Shown one piece after another: positions 13,621 to 27,818 of a DNA stretch of 64,000 nt. Origin of the DNA: Eledone cirrhosa (lineage: Eukaryota); contig OZ024741.1 of NCBI GenBank assembly GCA_964016885.1, forward strand, positions 350,176,001 to 350,240,000. The letters are read 5' to 3'. The position numbers and the translations under genes were made by a program. The notes below the pieces were generated by a model. That model was not told where the DNA came from, made no database searches, and saw only the letters and a program-made list of their open reading frames with translations. Position 1 is the first letter of the stretch. Each line of letters opens with the position of its first letter.

Positions 13621-13673
<53 letters not shown>

Positions 13674-13680
13674 ACACACT

Positions 13681-13741
<61 letters not shown>

Positions 13742-14559
13742 TATATATATATACATATATATTATACATTTATAAATAGATTATTCCTCCTCTGCTAACA
13801 CACACACATAATACTATTCATGTGTGTAGACATGCAAACACACACATCATGAGGGTTTGCTACTCCGCCCCTTGACTGGAATTCTGTTATATCTTTATCG
13901 GTACTGTATTACAGCTGAAACAAACCCCTTTAAGTCATTTTCTTTAACTGACCTTCCTAGATGACCGGTTGACTGGAAATTTGCTCGTTCGCTTGCCTAA
14001 TCTTTTGTTGTTTCATTCATTTTCTTCGTATTATACACGTACACCACCGCATTCATATACGTGTTTATACACCATCCATACATGCATACACACACAGATA
14101 CACACACACACATAGACACACACACAAAATGCACAATCGGCGCCCGTGTGGTTACATATGTGTGTGTGTATGTATATCTATATATAGCCACACAAAATTC
14201 ATATACACGCGTATGTTATATTTATATATACATATGTGCACCGAAAACTATGCACGCGTATGTTATTTTGTCATATACAGACGGCACAAGATCTCACATA
14301 ACACTTCTGTTGTTTTCCCATATATCCAGACGCACACCAACTTATATACGATTATTCATCATATTTGCTTTTATCTTTCTCACTAATTCTTTCGTTCCCT
14401 CACACATGTTTTCACAGAACACAGAATTAAGCAACGCCAATCTCCAATCCTCTCATTTATTTTCTTCTCATCACCATCACCCCTCTTCTGCCTCTTTTCT
14501 CACTCGCTCTCTATTAATCATTCTATGTGCTTTGTGGTATTCCTTCCTGCTCTGTTACT

Positions 14560-14700
14560 TTCTATCCTTCTCTGGAAGAAGTTTACTGTACTCAGGCCTG
14601 GAGAATGATGGGCTCCTCCTGGCTTAAAATGCCCAAGAAACGCCGCAGTCACTACCACAACACCTTCAGTTGTTACGGATCATACCGTACTATAACTATC
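14560..14700 (+). repeat. Unclassified interspersed repeat (also ~17565-17700 and ~31555-31680)
   Basis: Shared TCTATCCTT..CTGG.AGAA..TACTGTACTCA..CCTGGA..GATGGGCTCC..TGCCC.AGAAAC..CCG core. Confidence 0.55.
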
Positions 14701-15545
14701 CTCAGAAAAACGGTTCTCACGCTGGTGTAGAGGAGTTTGTATACATACATACATACATACATACATACATACATACATACATACATACATACATACATAC
14801 ATACATACATACAAAAAGCGCAGCTCCCCAATTCATAGTCTACAAATGGCTGCGATAGCTGGCACCTTCAAAATTTGCAAAACATTCTTGCGATTCAAGG
14901 GATGACAATTTCTTTTCTTTTACAACCTTGCCACCAGGAAGGTGGCCGGTCAAAAAAATATACTCTAAATTAAGAGAAAGAGAAAACATACATACATACA
15001 TGATTATTGAGGCACTGTGATATGTTAGTAACTGCCTCAATACAAATTTTGAGAAGCTGAGCTTCAAAGAAACAGAAAGAACACAACTAGTTAGGAAATT
15101 ACAAGTACGATCCATTAATGGAACAGTAAAAATCTGTAAAACATTCCAAAATTTCTGCATCTAAAAACTGCATATATACACACATGTACAGATACAAAGC
15201 ATATGTACATGCATACATACAACTCAAAACATACATATCCACACATACAATAACATCCAAACCTGCACACACATGCGTGCGTACATATCTACCTAGTTGA
15301 TGTTGTGTAAATTCCAATGAGAAAGTCTTGTAATTATGTTAGAAACAGACTCTCTCTCTATTGGCAAAAAATTTGTGAAATTATAAAACCAGAAGAACAT
15401 ACACACATACATACACACACATACATACATGCTTACATACATAATACACACATACATACATTGAGTTGATCAATAGCGAAACGTAATGAAGGCTTAACAA
15501 ATCGTCCTTGTATAATATATACACACACACACATTTATATATATA

Positions 15546-15930
15546 TATCACAGAAAAAAAGAGAATCAGTGTTGCGACGAATGGAATTTTTTGGACATAT
15601 TACAATCGTTTCTCTGGCGACCAGCTCGAGGCACGATCGATGTGAGGATCTAACCTGACTCTGAAAATCGCAAGGTCCTCAGATATGTCTTGATTCTACG
15701 AAGCTGATTTTCCTATAGAAAAATCTGCTTCGTAGAATCAAGACGAGGTTCGATAATCACATCGATCGTTCCTCGAGCTGGTCACCAGAGAAACGATTGT
15801 AATATGTCCAATAAATTCCATTCGTCGCAACACTGATTCTCTTTTTTTCTGTGATATCATACTCTGGTCTATGAGAGCATCGAGTGCTCAAACAGCCTAC
15901 CGCATATGGACGCTTTAAGCACCCAACACC

Positions 15931-15933
<3 letters not shown>
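15546..15933 (+). mobile_element. Penelope-like hairpin insert, family A (copy 2)
   Basis: ~100-bp inverted arms 15546-15643 / 15758-15857, inner hairpin at 15688-15743, tail 15858-15933; (TA)n on both sides. Confidence 0.7.
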
Positions 15934-15972
<39 letters not shown>

Positions 15973-16121
15973 GCACATTGAAACACATATATGTATATAT
16001 GTGTATATATTTACTTAAAAACAAACATATCATTAAAAACAACAACACATATGTATGCATGCAGAGACAATTATTATTTGATCATTAAAACCTATATTTT
16101 TCTTCTCCCAATTTATTTCAG

Positions 16122-16192
16122 GAATGCTTTGCCAAGAAGGAATGGATATCTAAATTCGCCACCCTGTAAAGATGTATATAAATATCACACAG
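16122..16192 (+). CDS. Candidate host-gene internal exon (71 nt)
   Basis: Strong acceptor tttttcttctcccaatttatttcAG and donor CAG|GTAAGT; one open frame (NALPRRNGYLNSPPCKDVYKYHT). No recognisable domain. Confidence 0.4.
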
Positions 16193-16659
16193 GTAAGTTA
16201 TAATATTTACCGTTCGTGTCTCATAATTTTGATCGGTGTATACAGGGTGGGTGGTGAATTATCATCTGTATATACTCAAATATATCTGTACGGACATACG
16301 GTCATTCAGATGTATATTCATATGAATAGGCAAACATAGATAGACGCACATATACAGACGCGCATACTTACACATATATTTATAAACTAGTCAAAAATAG
16401 AAGCATTTCTTCCTAATAGTCGTGCACTTAAATTCCGGCAATAATGTCATTACGAAACATATTAGACCTGTCTATTTGCTATAAATGTTTAGTTACACAT
16501 GCTGACACTAACAACTACATCCCGAAAATATAACTATGAACATGAATACTTGTCAACTCTCACCGTCCGACGGGGAGATTTGCAATAGCCTTTGAAGTGG
16601 GTGAGAGATGTCTTCTCTTGTGATAATAGGTATAGCTTTCATTATGTAAAATATCCCCA

Positions 16660-16875
16660 AGGCGGTGGATTGGCAGTATCGGTAGAGGGTCTGACGCCAT
16701 GCTTTGCAACATAGAGTTACGGTCCTTTATGATCTCAATTCAAATCCCGCGGAGGTTAACTTTGCCTTTCATCCTTGCGGGGTCGTAAAATAAAGTACCA
16801 GTCATACACTGGGGTCGATTTAATCGACCTTCCCCTCCCCCAAAATTGCTGGCCTTTTGCCTATAAAAGAAACCA
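16660..16875 (+). mobile_element. Meta-domain SINE (long subfamily) with TSD
   Basis: Full copy; near-identical flanks CATTATG(T/A)AAAAT(A/C)TCC. Confidence 0.85.
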
Positions 16876-17136
16876 TTATGAAAAATCTCCGCATTTTGGC
16901 TCATTTCTCCCCGTTTTGGGGCACTCTTTCCCATGGTTCTTTTCGTTTGGGTTTTTAGAGGTTGGCAGGTCTGAATATGACTGTGAACGTTTAAATGGAT
17001 TTTTAAAAAATATTAATTCAAACAAGCTACAAGGAATTCATACGAAAATCGAGGATTAAGTGAGAGAGAGACTGAGTTAATTCTTTTAAGGCATTATGAC
17101 GAACACAGATACGTTTCTATTATATTAGTGTCACCA

Positions 17137-17344
17137 GGCAGTGGATTAGCAGTATCGGTAGGGCGTCGGACATCATGCTTTGCAGCATAGAGTTACGGCC
17201 CTTTATGATCTGAATTCAAATCTCGCCGAGGTTAACTTTGCCTTTCATCCTTACGGGGTCGATAAAATAAAGTACCAGTCACGCACTGGGATTCATTTAA
17301 TCGACTTTCCCCTCCCCCAAGATTGTGCCTATAGAAGAAATCCT
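17137..17344 (+). mobile_element. Meta-domain SINE with TSD
   Basis: Full copy; flanks TTATATT(A/C)GTGTCACC. Confidence 0.85.
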
Positions 17345-17717
17345 TATATTCGTGTCACCTGTGTAATCGATCTTTTTTCTGTCGTATAGCGGAGACCATT
17401 ATATTTTATATGACAAACTTATTCTACTATTTTATAGTCAAGCATGCGTTGTACTTTAAATCTATTGTTTCGTTGTTTACATGTCTGGGTTGAAAGATCA
17501 GGCTTAAAAACGAATGGGGAGTAGTTACTTTTGCCATGTTGATGGAATGGCAATGCAGCCATTCTCTCTATCCTTTTCTGGGAGAAATCTACTGTACTCA
17601 AACCTGGATAGGAGATGGGCTCCACCAGGTTTTAAAAAATGCCCTAGAAACACCGTATCACTATACGACGCCCCTACGACACCTTTGGGAGTTACGGTAA
17701 TATACATGCATGCATTA

Positions 17718-17890
17718 GTATTGGTAGAGGGTCAGACATTCTTTCCAGCGTAATTACGTCCCTTTACGATCTGAGTTCAAATCCCGCCGAGGTTAACTTT
17801 GCCTTTAATCCTTACGGGGTCGATAAAATAAAGTACCAGTAATACACTGGGATAATTGCTGGCCTTGTGCCAAAAGTAGAAAAAATTATA
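17718..17890 (+). mobile_element. Meta-domain SINE (short subfamily)
   Basis: B-box, Meta core and GCTGGCCTTGTGCCAAAAGTAGAAA tail. Confidence 0.85.
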
Positions 17891-18199
17891 TTTAAACATG
17901 TATGTGTAGGTTATATTTTTTAATTAACAATTTCTCTTTGTTTAATCTTTCTTGTTCTGTAATACCATCTGTAAATTAATGAATTGGAAACATTTCGAAT
18001 ATTGGAAAATTTCTTCCGGCAGGACTGCCGAAACTTTTTTCTCAATAGTACCAAAATATCTGTTTAAAAAGTACCAAAATATAGCAAAGTATACCAAATC
18101 CAATTAAATCATTATGAGACCTCATAAATGTTAAATAAAAGAAAATGTTTTACATTTACTTTATATATTTTAATTAAAAAGAAATGTCTTTTTTTTCAC

Positions 18200-18420
18200 A
18201 CTTTTATTGCTGTGCCAGTTTCTTTCTTGCAGTTTGAGACAATGTCGCTTTTGAGGATGCCACTTAGTGCAGTCAACATTCTGCAGCTGTGACTTTGATC
18301 TTAGCAGAGCATTTAATGATGATGTTTTTAAAGCATTGGTACTTTTTGCTTTTATGTTGTTGAGAATGAAGTCCCTGTACGCACACCCAGTGGAATCCAC
18401 CTTGCATCTATATATCGGAT
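18200..18420 (-). pseudogene. Possible hAT-like transposase C-terminal remnant
   Basis: Peptide GCAYRDFILNNIKAKSTNALKTSSLNALLR resembles the ER.FS..NNIKTK.RN.L...L.ALL dimerisation motif. Confidence 0.35.
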
Positions 18421-18811
18421 TTCTTGTCGGTGGACGTCAAACGTTTCCATAAGTTATTACCAGTTATTCCGATTTAATTTGCCTCACAACTGCAGGAATT
18501 TACAGCATAGACGAAATTTCCAAATGAACACGTGAAACTATTTTCAAGTTACAAAGTTTGTCCATTTGTGAATCCGAAAACCGATATTCACAAATTCCGC
18601 AATTAGGTCATTCACATTTTTGTTACTCATAGGTTTGTGAATTTTTGCACTTTCAAATAATTCTTTTCGAATTTTTCTGTTGTTGTTTCCTCTTATAATT
18701 TATTGTGTCTCCAAGATATCTGTTTTATCGTTATACAAACTCGATACGTGTTGTTTTTTCCCGTAAGATATATCTGTAATACCATAATTTTATTATTGAG
18801 TACTCAGGGTT

Positions 18812-19015
18812 AAGGAATTGGCAGTATCGTTAGAGCCCCGAACACCAATCTTCACGGCATGGAGTGATGGCTTTTATGTACTCATTTCAAATCTCACCGA
18901 GGTTAGCTTTGCCTTTCAACTTTACGGGCGATAAAATAAAGTACAGTAACTCAATGCGGTCAATCTAATCGACTTTCCCCTACCCCCAAATTATTGGCCT
19001 TGGGCCTAAAATAGA
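18812..19015 (+). mobile_element. Diverged Meta-domain SINE
   Basis: Degenerate head, core and tail; flanks ATTAT(T/G)GAGTA. Confidence 0.75.
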
Positions 19016-19508
19016 TTATGGAGTATTTACATTAATATTTCTAGTTCTCTCCTTTTTTTTCTTTGTTGCTTACACGTGCTTTTTATATCTTCCGCCTTGT
19101 TTTAAATTTGTACCTGCTAGTCACACATACGTTCTTGACTGCTGTCATTTATCCTCTTAGCCCCACAACAATTTTATTTATTTATCCTTTTAGCACCACA
19201 ACAATTTTACCCATTTATTTAACTATCTAACCAAACCACTCTTTATAATATTTTTAATATTTTCTCTCTCTTGTTTACTTCACTCAGCACCGGCAGTGCT
19301 TCCTCATGTCACATTCCCCTGGCATAACTAAAAGACAAAGCCAAAGAGCAAAAACGTCTTTCGGCCTCTTATATAGTGTATATATATATATATATATGGC
19401 AGACTTCAACCAGTATCAAACTAGTAACCCCATTATTCAGCAGAGTATTCGATACTTCGGATAGCTGTCGAAACAAAAACAACTCAGCCGTCGGGCCTCG
19501 ACTCTTTC

Positions 19509-19573
<65 letters not shown>

Positions 19574-19575
19574 AA

Positions 19576-19732
19576 TAGTAATAATAATAAATGTGAAGAC
19601 TAAAATCCAAAGAGGGCTCGATAAGGATAAATATATATAAAATATATAAGAACCTTGAGCAAATATTTATTAAAATAACAGATTAAAGTTTAAGCAAAGA
19701 ATCGCAGCTTTCACCCATAACGGGATCTTCTG

Positions 19733-19733
<1 letters not shown>
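19576..19733 (-). mobile_element. Penelope-like pLTR/tail fragment, family D (also 28954-29045 and 29768-29835)
   Basis: Shared TAGTAATAATAATAAA..TGAAGACTAAAATCCAAAGAGGGCTCGATAAG terminus and CAGAAGATCCCG..GGTGAAAGC(A/T)GCGATTC segment; the two parts are mutually inverted at 28954; copies abut (TA)n. Confidence 0.55.
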
Positions 19734-19831
<98 letters not shown>

Positions 19832-20452
19832 CATCATTATTTAATATAGAGATGTTTTTTTACAGAACTAGAACTGTTTCATACGAATGAAACAATTTAA
19901 ACTTTACTAATGTATTGAGTACCTTTTTGAATTGTGGTTAATCCCGATTTATATATACATGGTATATATATATATACACACATATACATATTTACATATA
20001 CATGATTTATACACACACATACATGATCATATATGTGCATATGTTTTGTTAATCAGTGCAGGAGAGGTAAAATATTCTGATAAGTCTTTTATATCTGGAA
20101 TATTTCGTTATTCGGTTTCTGAAAAAGTTAAGATGGTTGCCTGGTCTTGAATCATGTTATCCGTGATGACCCAAACCGGAAAATATATTTTGTTCTAGGC
20201 TGGCATGGTTTACATATGTCGCGCGCGCGCGTATATGTGTGTGTGCGAATGTGCATGCGTATTTTTATATGTATCATGAGGGATGTTTTTTTTTTAAGGC
20301 ACTTTACTGAAGTATCCCCGGTGGTAACTTTCTAATTGGTGACAAACAAAGTAAGATCAATTAGCTTCGGGAAACTCAGAGTACCTAGGAAGGTATACGC
20401 CAGTTTGCCATGTGTTTTATACACGCGCGCGAACACACACACACACACACAT

Positions 20453-21090
<638 letters not shown>

Positions 21091-21304
21091 ATACGTTTGA
21101 CCACCCAACTGCCTTTATATCTATTTATATCTGTGTTGTTTGTTACAGTTTTTTACGTTTTTATTGCTCATGTTATCTTTGCCTTTCCCCCTTTCGGTGT
21201 CGAATAAATGAAGGACAAATTAAGTACTGGGATCGATATCATCGGTGTTTTCCCTTTGTCAAAATTGCTGACCTTATACTTATGCTAGAAAGAATTATTA
21301 TTAA

Positions 21305-21488
21305 AGGATTGGCAGATTCGGTAGAGGGTCGGACGCCCTGCTTTGCAGCAAAGAGTTACGACGCTTTACGATCTGAGTTCAAATCCCACCGAGGTTAACT
21401 TTGCCTTTCATCCTTACGGGGTCGATAAAAATAAAGTACCAGTAATACACTGGGATAATTTCTGGCCTTGTGCCAAAAGTAGAAATAA
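21305..21488 (+). mobile_element. Meta-domain SINE (short subfamily), preceded by an older partial SINE (21178-21300)
   Basis: Complete motifs; flanks ATTATTAAAG. Confidence 0.85.
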
Positions 21489-22129
21489 TTATTAAAGCGT
21501 TAAGAATGGTGCATTTACTTGGTTGGTCAACGTGCTAGAAATAGCAGCCAAATTACCGCAAATTTCACATAACAACGGGAGGAAGATGGTTGGAATATGA
21601 TGAACATGAGTGGTAGTAAATTGAAAACAAAATTGTTTTGGTTTGTTTCCGTTAATATCAGTACGAAGATGGCTTGCTATAGTAACCCGGCAATAAATCA
21701 CCTGATATCATTACATTATGTTTCTATACATATTACTGCTGTTTCGTTACACGCACACACACTCTATTTAGTGTGTTTATCAATACTTGCTGCTGGCCAA
21801 TACGTGAAAAAAGAAAAAAAACTGTCACCTGACACTAGTGATAGACGTAACTGACACCATAACCTCTGGTAACGACATAGAGTAAAATGAAATGAAATGT
21901 TTCAAACAGTATTCAAACCAGCATTGCACTCGACTCACGGCCTGCTGGGAATTTACTGTCACTCAATGAAACTAGCACATAAATAATATACAAGAGAGGT
22001 TGAACAAAAGTTTATACATAATAGTCAGCCGCAGAAGCTTGCAGCCCACACACACACAAAAACACACACAAACGTATATTGTTATTATTGATATCATCAT
22101 TAGTTGGGGGGGGGGGGGGGGGGGGGGGG

Positions 22130-22582
22130 GGTTAGTGAAATCGGTAAAGTGTCGGATAACAAGCTTTGTGGTATATAGTTATTACCCTTTACGTTCTGAG
22201 TTCAAGTCCCTCCAAGGTCAGCTTTGCTTTTTATCCTTACGGGGTCGATAAAATAAAGTACCAGTAATGCACTAGGGTCGATTTAATCGACTTACCCCTC
22301 CCCTTCAAATTGCTGGCCTTGTGCCTAAAGTAGAAACAATTACTATTATTGTGATTATTATTATATTTGCCTCGAGGGCGGTGGATTGGCAATATCGGTA
22401 GAGAGTCGGACACGATGCTTTGCAGCATAGAGTTACGGCCCTTTCGGTCTGAGTTCAAATCCCGCCGAGGTTAACTTTGCCTTTCATTCTTACGGGGTCG
22501 ATAAAATAATGTACTGATGTCAATTTAATCGACTTTCTCCTCTCCCCAAATTACTGGCCTTGTGCCTATACCAGAAATCATT
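22130..22582 (+). mobile_element. Two tandem Meta-domain SINEs (long subfamily)
   Basis: Copies at ~22130-22345 and ~22376-22582. Confidence 0.85.
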
Positions 22583-23599
22583 ATTCTATTTTCCTCTTGC
22601 TGGTTACAGACACCTTGTCTGTCGTACGTTTCTTGTTTTTTCTTTGATTCTAACACCTGTATTGTGTTCAGCAATTGTTAGCAGGATCTACTTTCGGAGT
22701 GGGGCAACTTAAATTTGCTATTTTTGACTTTTTAATCCATGCAAAATAATTTTTTAAAAACCAACATGGCGCAGGTATTTCTTTGTACTTTAATCTTGAA
22801 CAAAAATGCCTTTTCCTCTCTACCATGTACAAAGCAAAACATTTCCACCACTATCTTAAACAAAATGTCTAATGGTAACGGCATAAAATAAAATACTCAT
22901 TCATTGGTACCAGCAACAACCCCACCATCACCACCAGCACAAATGCCATCACCACCAGCACAAGCACCTCTCACACTAACAGGTGCTTGTTAAAACAGTG
23001 AGAGCAGAGGAAAAAGGTCAAATGAAGTTGAGAAAATATTAACTGAAACCACCACCAACACCAACATTCCTACATACACCTACACTATCAACACCACCAC
23101 CACCGCTTCTTTAACACGGGAGAAAATTCTGCCAACAGCAGAAGCACACAGCAACTTTGATATTCTACTATTGCATTTTCCAAATAAACCGAATGCTGTA
23201 AAACCAACAACAACACTGTTATATCCGATGTAATAGAATTCATAAAACGATGGAACAGGCAACTGAAACCTAATTCAAAATTGCTTTGGTTGTTTATGGA
23301 GACACAAAAGCCACAATACCTGGGAAAGAGATACGGAACTAGGAATGTGAGGTTTGTCAGAGTAACAGAAGAAGCAATATCCCACTCATTGACTCCTCTT
23401 AAGAACGAGAAACTAACTCTAATCCTCTTTTATATAAGTCAGACTTTGATGAAAGTAAGCGTGTCACTGGTGGGTCAAGTGATAGTCATTCCTTGCGTAA
23501 TAATACCTGACGTAAACGACATAGAAGAGTTTATTTAAAGATTCTGGAGATGAATAATATGAAAAAGGAAATTCTCCGAGGATTGGGACGGAATGGCTA

Positions 23600-24340
23600 A
23601 TCCAAACGAATCAGTAGTGTGTGAATGGCATTCCTGACCTGATAGTATGTGATAGGGGTGAGATGGACAGATTTCTTCAAACGTCAAGAGCTCTTCCTAG
23701 GAATGTCGTTCTCCTTGGTATTAGTGGGAGAGTGGAACAGTATCTTGGATATAAGCTGAGATTGTGTGAGGCTAGCAAATGGGAAAGAAGGGTGCAAAAT
23801 CAAGCAAACCTACTTAGATGTTTCCAGTTGTCTGACAAGTAGCAATCCCGAATGTGCCAATATAGATTTTTCAAATCACATCAGCTTATCCATATCGTAT
23901 CTATATAGAGAATTTTCTGTAGATCAGTAGAGAGGAATATCGTAGGTTGTCCACAATTTAAAGCAGTTGACTATGCAGACCCCTCATTTCTGTTGATCTA
24001 GATAGGATTTGTAGACAGGGACCCGAATTAGCGAACTAGTTAAAAGGGCGTTGACGAAGACAATCGTTATCAAGAAATGTAGTTCACCATAAACAGGCTG
24101 ATTAAAGTATAATCGATAATGTTTATTGGGGGTGTAGTGATAGAAACAAATTAGATTAGAGGAGGATTTAATCAGAAATTTAGTAGTAGCTTTTAGGAAA
24201 GTTAACACAACCAAACGTGGCTTCAGCGTGTTTGGCCCTCGGTGAATTCTTCAACGTCAATCTTGTTAGTCTATTCCGGAGGAAATTCAATCCAGGAACC
24301 ATAGACAATTTCCAGAAATCATTAGCTTGGCAATGTTCTT
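23600..24340 (+). mobile_element. Old, internally deleted Tx1-clade ORF2 remnant
   Basis: Fragments TDFFKRQELFLGMSFSLVLVGEWNSILD, RNIVGCPQFKAVDYAD, DLDRICRQGP and FNPGTIDNFQKSLAWQC match the APE and C-terminal parts of the intact-looking copy at 60-63 kb. Confidence 0.75.
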
Positions 24341-25379
24341 ATTCAGAACTACACTGTTTTAGTTTTTGTACAGTGCTTGCATTACTTGGATGATGTAGCT
24401 GTCGAAATTGTAACAAATTCACATGTTAAACGTGGTTAAACGCTTTTCTGACATCAAGGAAATTACAAGAGAAATCATATTGGGGTTAGAGACGAGTCCC
24501 CGTTAGCAATTTCATGTTAAATGCCTAATCCACTATATTCCTTTTTGTTCTGCCTTCCCTTTAAATCTGTTTAGCAGCACTATTGGCAATACTTTACTGG
24601 GATGGCTAATTAGTTTGGTGGCAATGTGATTGTGCCAACGTCTTACGTTGTCTCATTTTGGAATGAGTATTATCAATGACTGGCTCCATTTCTTTGGTCG
24701 CTTTATCGTTTCCTATACTTCTGACAAGTAACTGTTAGTGACTTGATGTCTTTTAGCGGTATTTATGGTAGGGAACCCGAAATCCCGTAGTTGAATTATC
24801 AAATTCCTTAATCAGATAACTATACACACACGTACATATATATATATATATATACATACATACATGTGTGTGTGTGTGTGTGCGCGTGTGTATAAGTATG
24901 CATGAATATATACACATATATGTATATATGTGTACATGTGTTTGTCTGTGTGTCTGTATATATGTTTGTGTTTGTGTATGTGTAGGTGTGTGTCTGTGTG
25001 TGTGTGTGGGTGTAGTTTGTATGTGTGTGTGTGTGTGTATGTGTGTGTATGTGTGTGTGTGTGTGTGTCTGTATGTGTGTTTATGTGCGTGTGTACACTC
25101 GCGCATTTATGCTATAAGTAAATATTATCACGAGAAAACTGAAAAACAAATCAAGAAAATTTGGATCAAAGTCTAAATTAACGTGTCTGCAAGAATTTGA
25201 TGCTTGCACGCTAAGATTTAGCATCAAGATTCTGTACTCAATACTGTGTAAATTGACATTGCAATAGCTTCAAGATAATTCCTGCTATAAAAGTCAATCT
25301 GACATCAGATTTCTTAGCTATCATATTATTTCAACTGAAGGCAATGTAAATATATATATATATAATATACACACACACA

Positions 25380-25413
<34 letters not shown>

Positions 25414-25919
25414 TACACACATACACACTTACATATGTATATATATATATATATATACATACATATATATATACACACACACAATTATATACGTATCTAT
25501 ATATGCAAATATATACACACTATACGTATGGATCTATATACTTACGTATATATCTAATTACATACATACATTCATACATACGTGCATACATACATACATA
25601 CATACATACATACATACATACATACATACATACATACATGGTGGCTGCCAACTCGTTTTCGAGTACGGCCACTACTTTATATCCATGTAGGAGAACCCCT
25701 ACCGATGCGCTGAACGCGTGTGACTTTTTAGTCCAGCCAGCGACTTGAAAACTCTGGTACAAACACTACACTTGTGACAATTACTGACACATAGTGCTGG
25801 GCCCATGGTACCATGTGACGACAAGTGCAGAGAGATCTCCAGATATAAAGCAATGCCTGTGCAATACATACATACATACATACATACATCGCTGTAGTTA
25901 TAACATGCAACACAGAACA

Positions 25920-27320
25920 ACTTCACACGACATCAGGAAGACTTAAGAAAAAAACAAGAGAGGCGATTCGGAGATACAAGATTTAAAACTCTAAACCCTA
26001 AACTACACCAGCTGAAACAATAACTCACAGCTGCAGCAGAAATACTGAAATATAAGTCAACAGCACATAAATGGAAAGTGATAAATAGATTATCACCCAG
26101 AGATCCTAAATCAGTTTATCGCAGCTTCAATAGGAAAAGCTCTATCTCTGTAAATGACACCCCTACAAACGAACAGGTTGAGAGCTATGGGAAACAAATG
26201 ACAGATCTAACAAACTAAATGGCTAAAAGAATTGGAACAGGAATACTGCCAGCATGTCCAGACAAAACAATATGACATAGATGGGTCAATACTGGAAACA
26301 GTTCATCAGAAAAGTCGAATAGGAAATCACCAGGCCCAGACCTCATAACAGGATACTGGCTGAAGAATTTCACCTTCTATCGGCTAAATCTCATACGTCT
26401 GTTTAGAGAAACTGTCAAAAGCACACAAGTTGATAACTCCAATGCTTATCAACTGCCACTAGTCTCATCATCCCCCAAAATAGCCAAACCACCCTTGCTA
26501 AAAATTACCACCCAATAGCCTGCCGGAACATCATGTATAAATTATATACTGGGTACCTTAATCTGTTCTTACAGGATCATTGTGCCACCAACAACATTAT
26601 AACACATGAACAAGCTGGTGGAAATAAGGTGTGGTGATGCATAGATCGGCTACTAATTAATAAAATGATACAGGAAAAGCAACAAAGAATCGCAGGAACA
26701 TGACTGTGGTGTGACTGGGCTATCAGAAGGCTCTTGATAGTGTATCTCATGGGTGAATTATTAAGGCTTTACAGTTAGCCAAATTCTCACAACCACTAGT
26801 AGCTACTGTTGAACGCCTGACTGGTACATCAATCTGATCCTTAGGAATGAGAAGAATCAAATTGAGACTGATACATTACACTACCAGAAAGGCATCGTTT
26901 AGGGTGATAGCTTATCAGTGCTGCTCTTCGTCCTCTCACTAAACCCACTATCATACCTGCTTACAAAACAACGTGGTCATAGAAATGGGCCCAGAACCAG
27001 AAATACCTCTCATCTTTTCTTTGTTGGTGACCTGAAGTTGTAATACCAACTATATCAAAAAACAATTGGACCTCATTACACAATTTTCTGTAGACATCAG
27101 AATAAAATTTGGTGAGTCCAAATGTGCATATTTAACAGTAAAAGGTGGAAGGGTTTTGCCCTCCTCTGGAAATCTATAGATGAACGGCTTGACAATACAA
27201 CCTCTACAGTCAGGTGACAACTACATATATCTTGGACTGAATGAGAATGTCAGATATGATGGAACCATAAATGCCCACAATACTTACGCTGTGCCAATCC
27301 TAACAACAACATGATATGTT
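25920..27320 (+). mobile_element. Decayed R4/Dong-like RT region
   Basis: KSPGPDLITGYWLK, NYHPIACRNIMYKLYTG, YQKALDSVSH, GIV*GDSLSVLLFVLSLNPL, HLFFVGDLKL, FGESKCA and YIYLG motifs, with frameshifts. Confidence 0.85.
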
Positions 27321-27512
27321 AGGTCGCTCTCGAGGGCTACTGGTAATATATAACCCAGTACAAGCTGTCTCATGGTCGGGTCGTCGGTGACTAAACCGGC
27401 AACCCCACCAAGTTAGCTTGGTGAGGAGGGTGATATTTGGACACACTGTGGGATGAAATACAAGACCCGGCAAAGGGCGGAGGAACTCAGCAAAGTCAAC
27501 GGCCATCCACCA
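27321..27512 (+). repeat. ~190-bp structured repeat, probably an RTE-type LINE 5' UTR (second copy at 47001-47190)
   Basis: Both copies share GGTCGCTCTC..CTACTGGTAA..CCCAGTAC..GGTCGGGTCGTCGG.GACTAAACC..AAAGGGCGGAGGAAC..GTCAAC.GCCATCC. Confidence 0.55.
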
Positions 27513-27521
27513 CCCATAATA

Positions 27522-27818
27522 ATTGTTTCTACTTTTGGCACAAGGCCAGCAATTATCCCAATGCGTTACTGGTACTTTGTTGTATCGACCGCGTAAGGAT
27601 GAAAGGCAAAGTTAACCTCGGCGGGATTTGAACTCATACCGTAAAGGGACGTAACTATGCTGCAAAGCATAGCGTCCTATCCTCTACCGATACCCATAAT
27701 AATTGTTTCTACTTTTGGCATAAGGCCAGCAATTATTCCAGTGTATTACTGGTACTTTGTTGTATCGACCGCGTAAGGATGAAAGGCAAAGTTAACCTCG
27801 GCGGGATTTGAACTCAGA
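27522..27818 (-). mobile_element. Two tandem 5'-truncated Meta-domain SINEs sharing one target site
   Basis: ACCCATAATA occurs at 27512, 27692 and 27818, bracketing two copies with different truncation points. Confidence 0.85.

Noticed and set aside
22376-22470. tRNA genes at SINE heads
   Set aside because: A and B boxes are present, but there is no complete cloverleaf and each head continues into the SINE core.
25640-25760. HDV-like ribozyme upstream of the R4/Dong RT remnant
   Set aside because: A hairpin is present (GTGGCTG..CGGCCAC), but the nested double pseudoknot could not be assembled.
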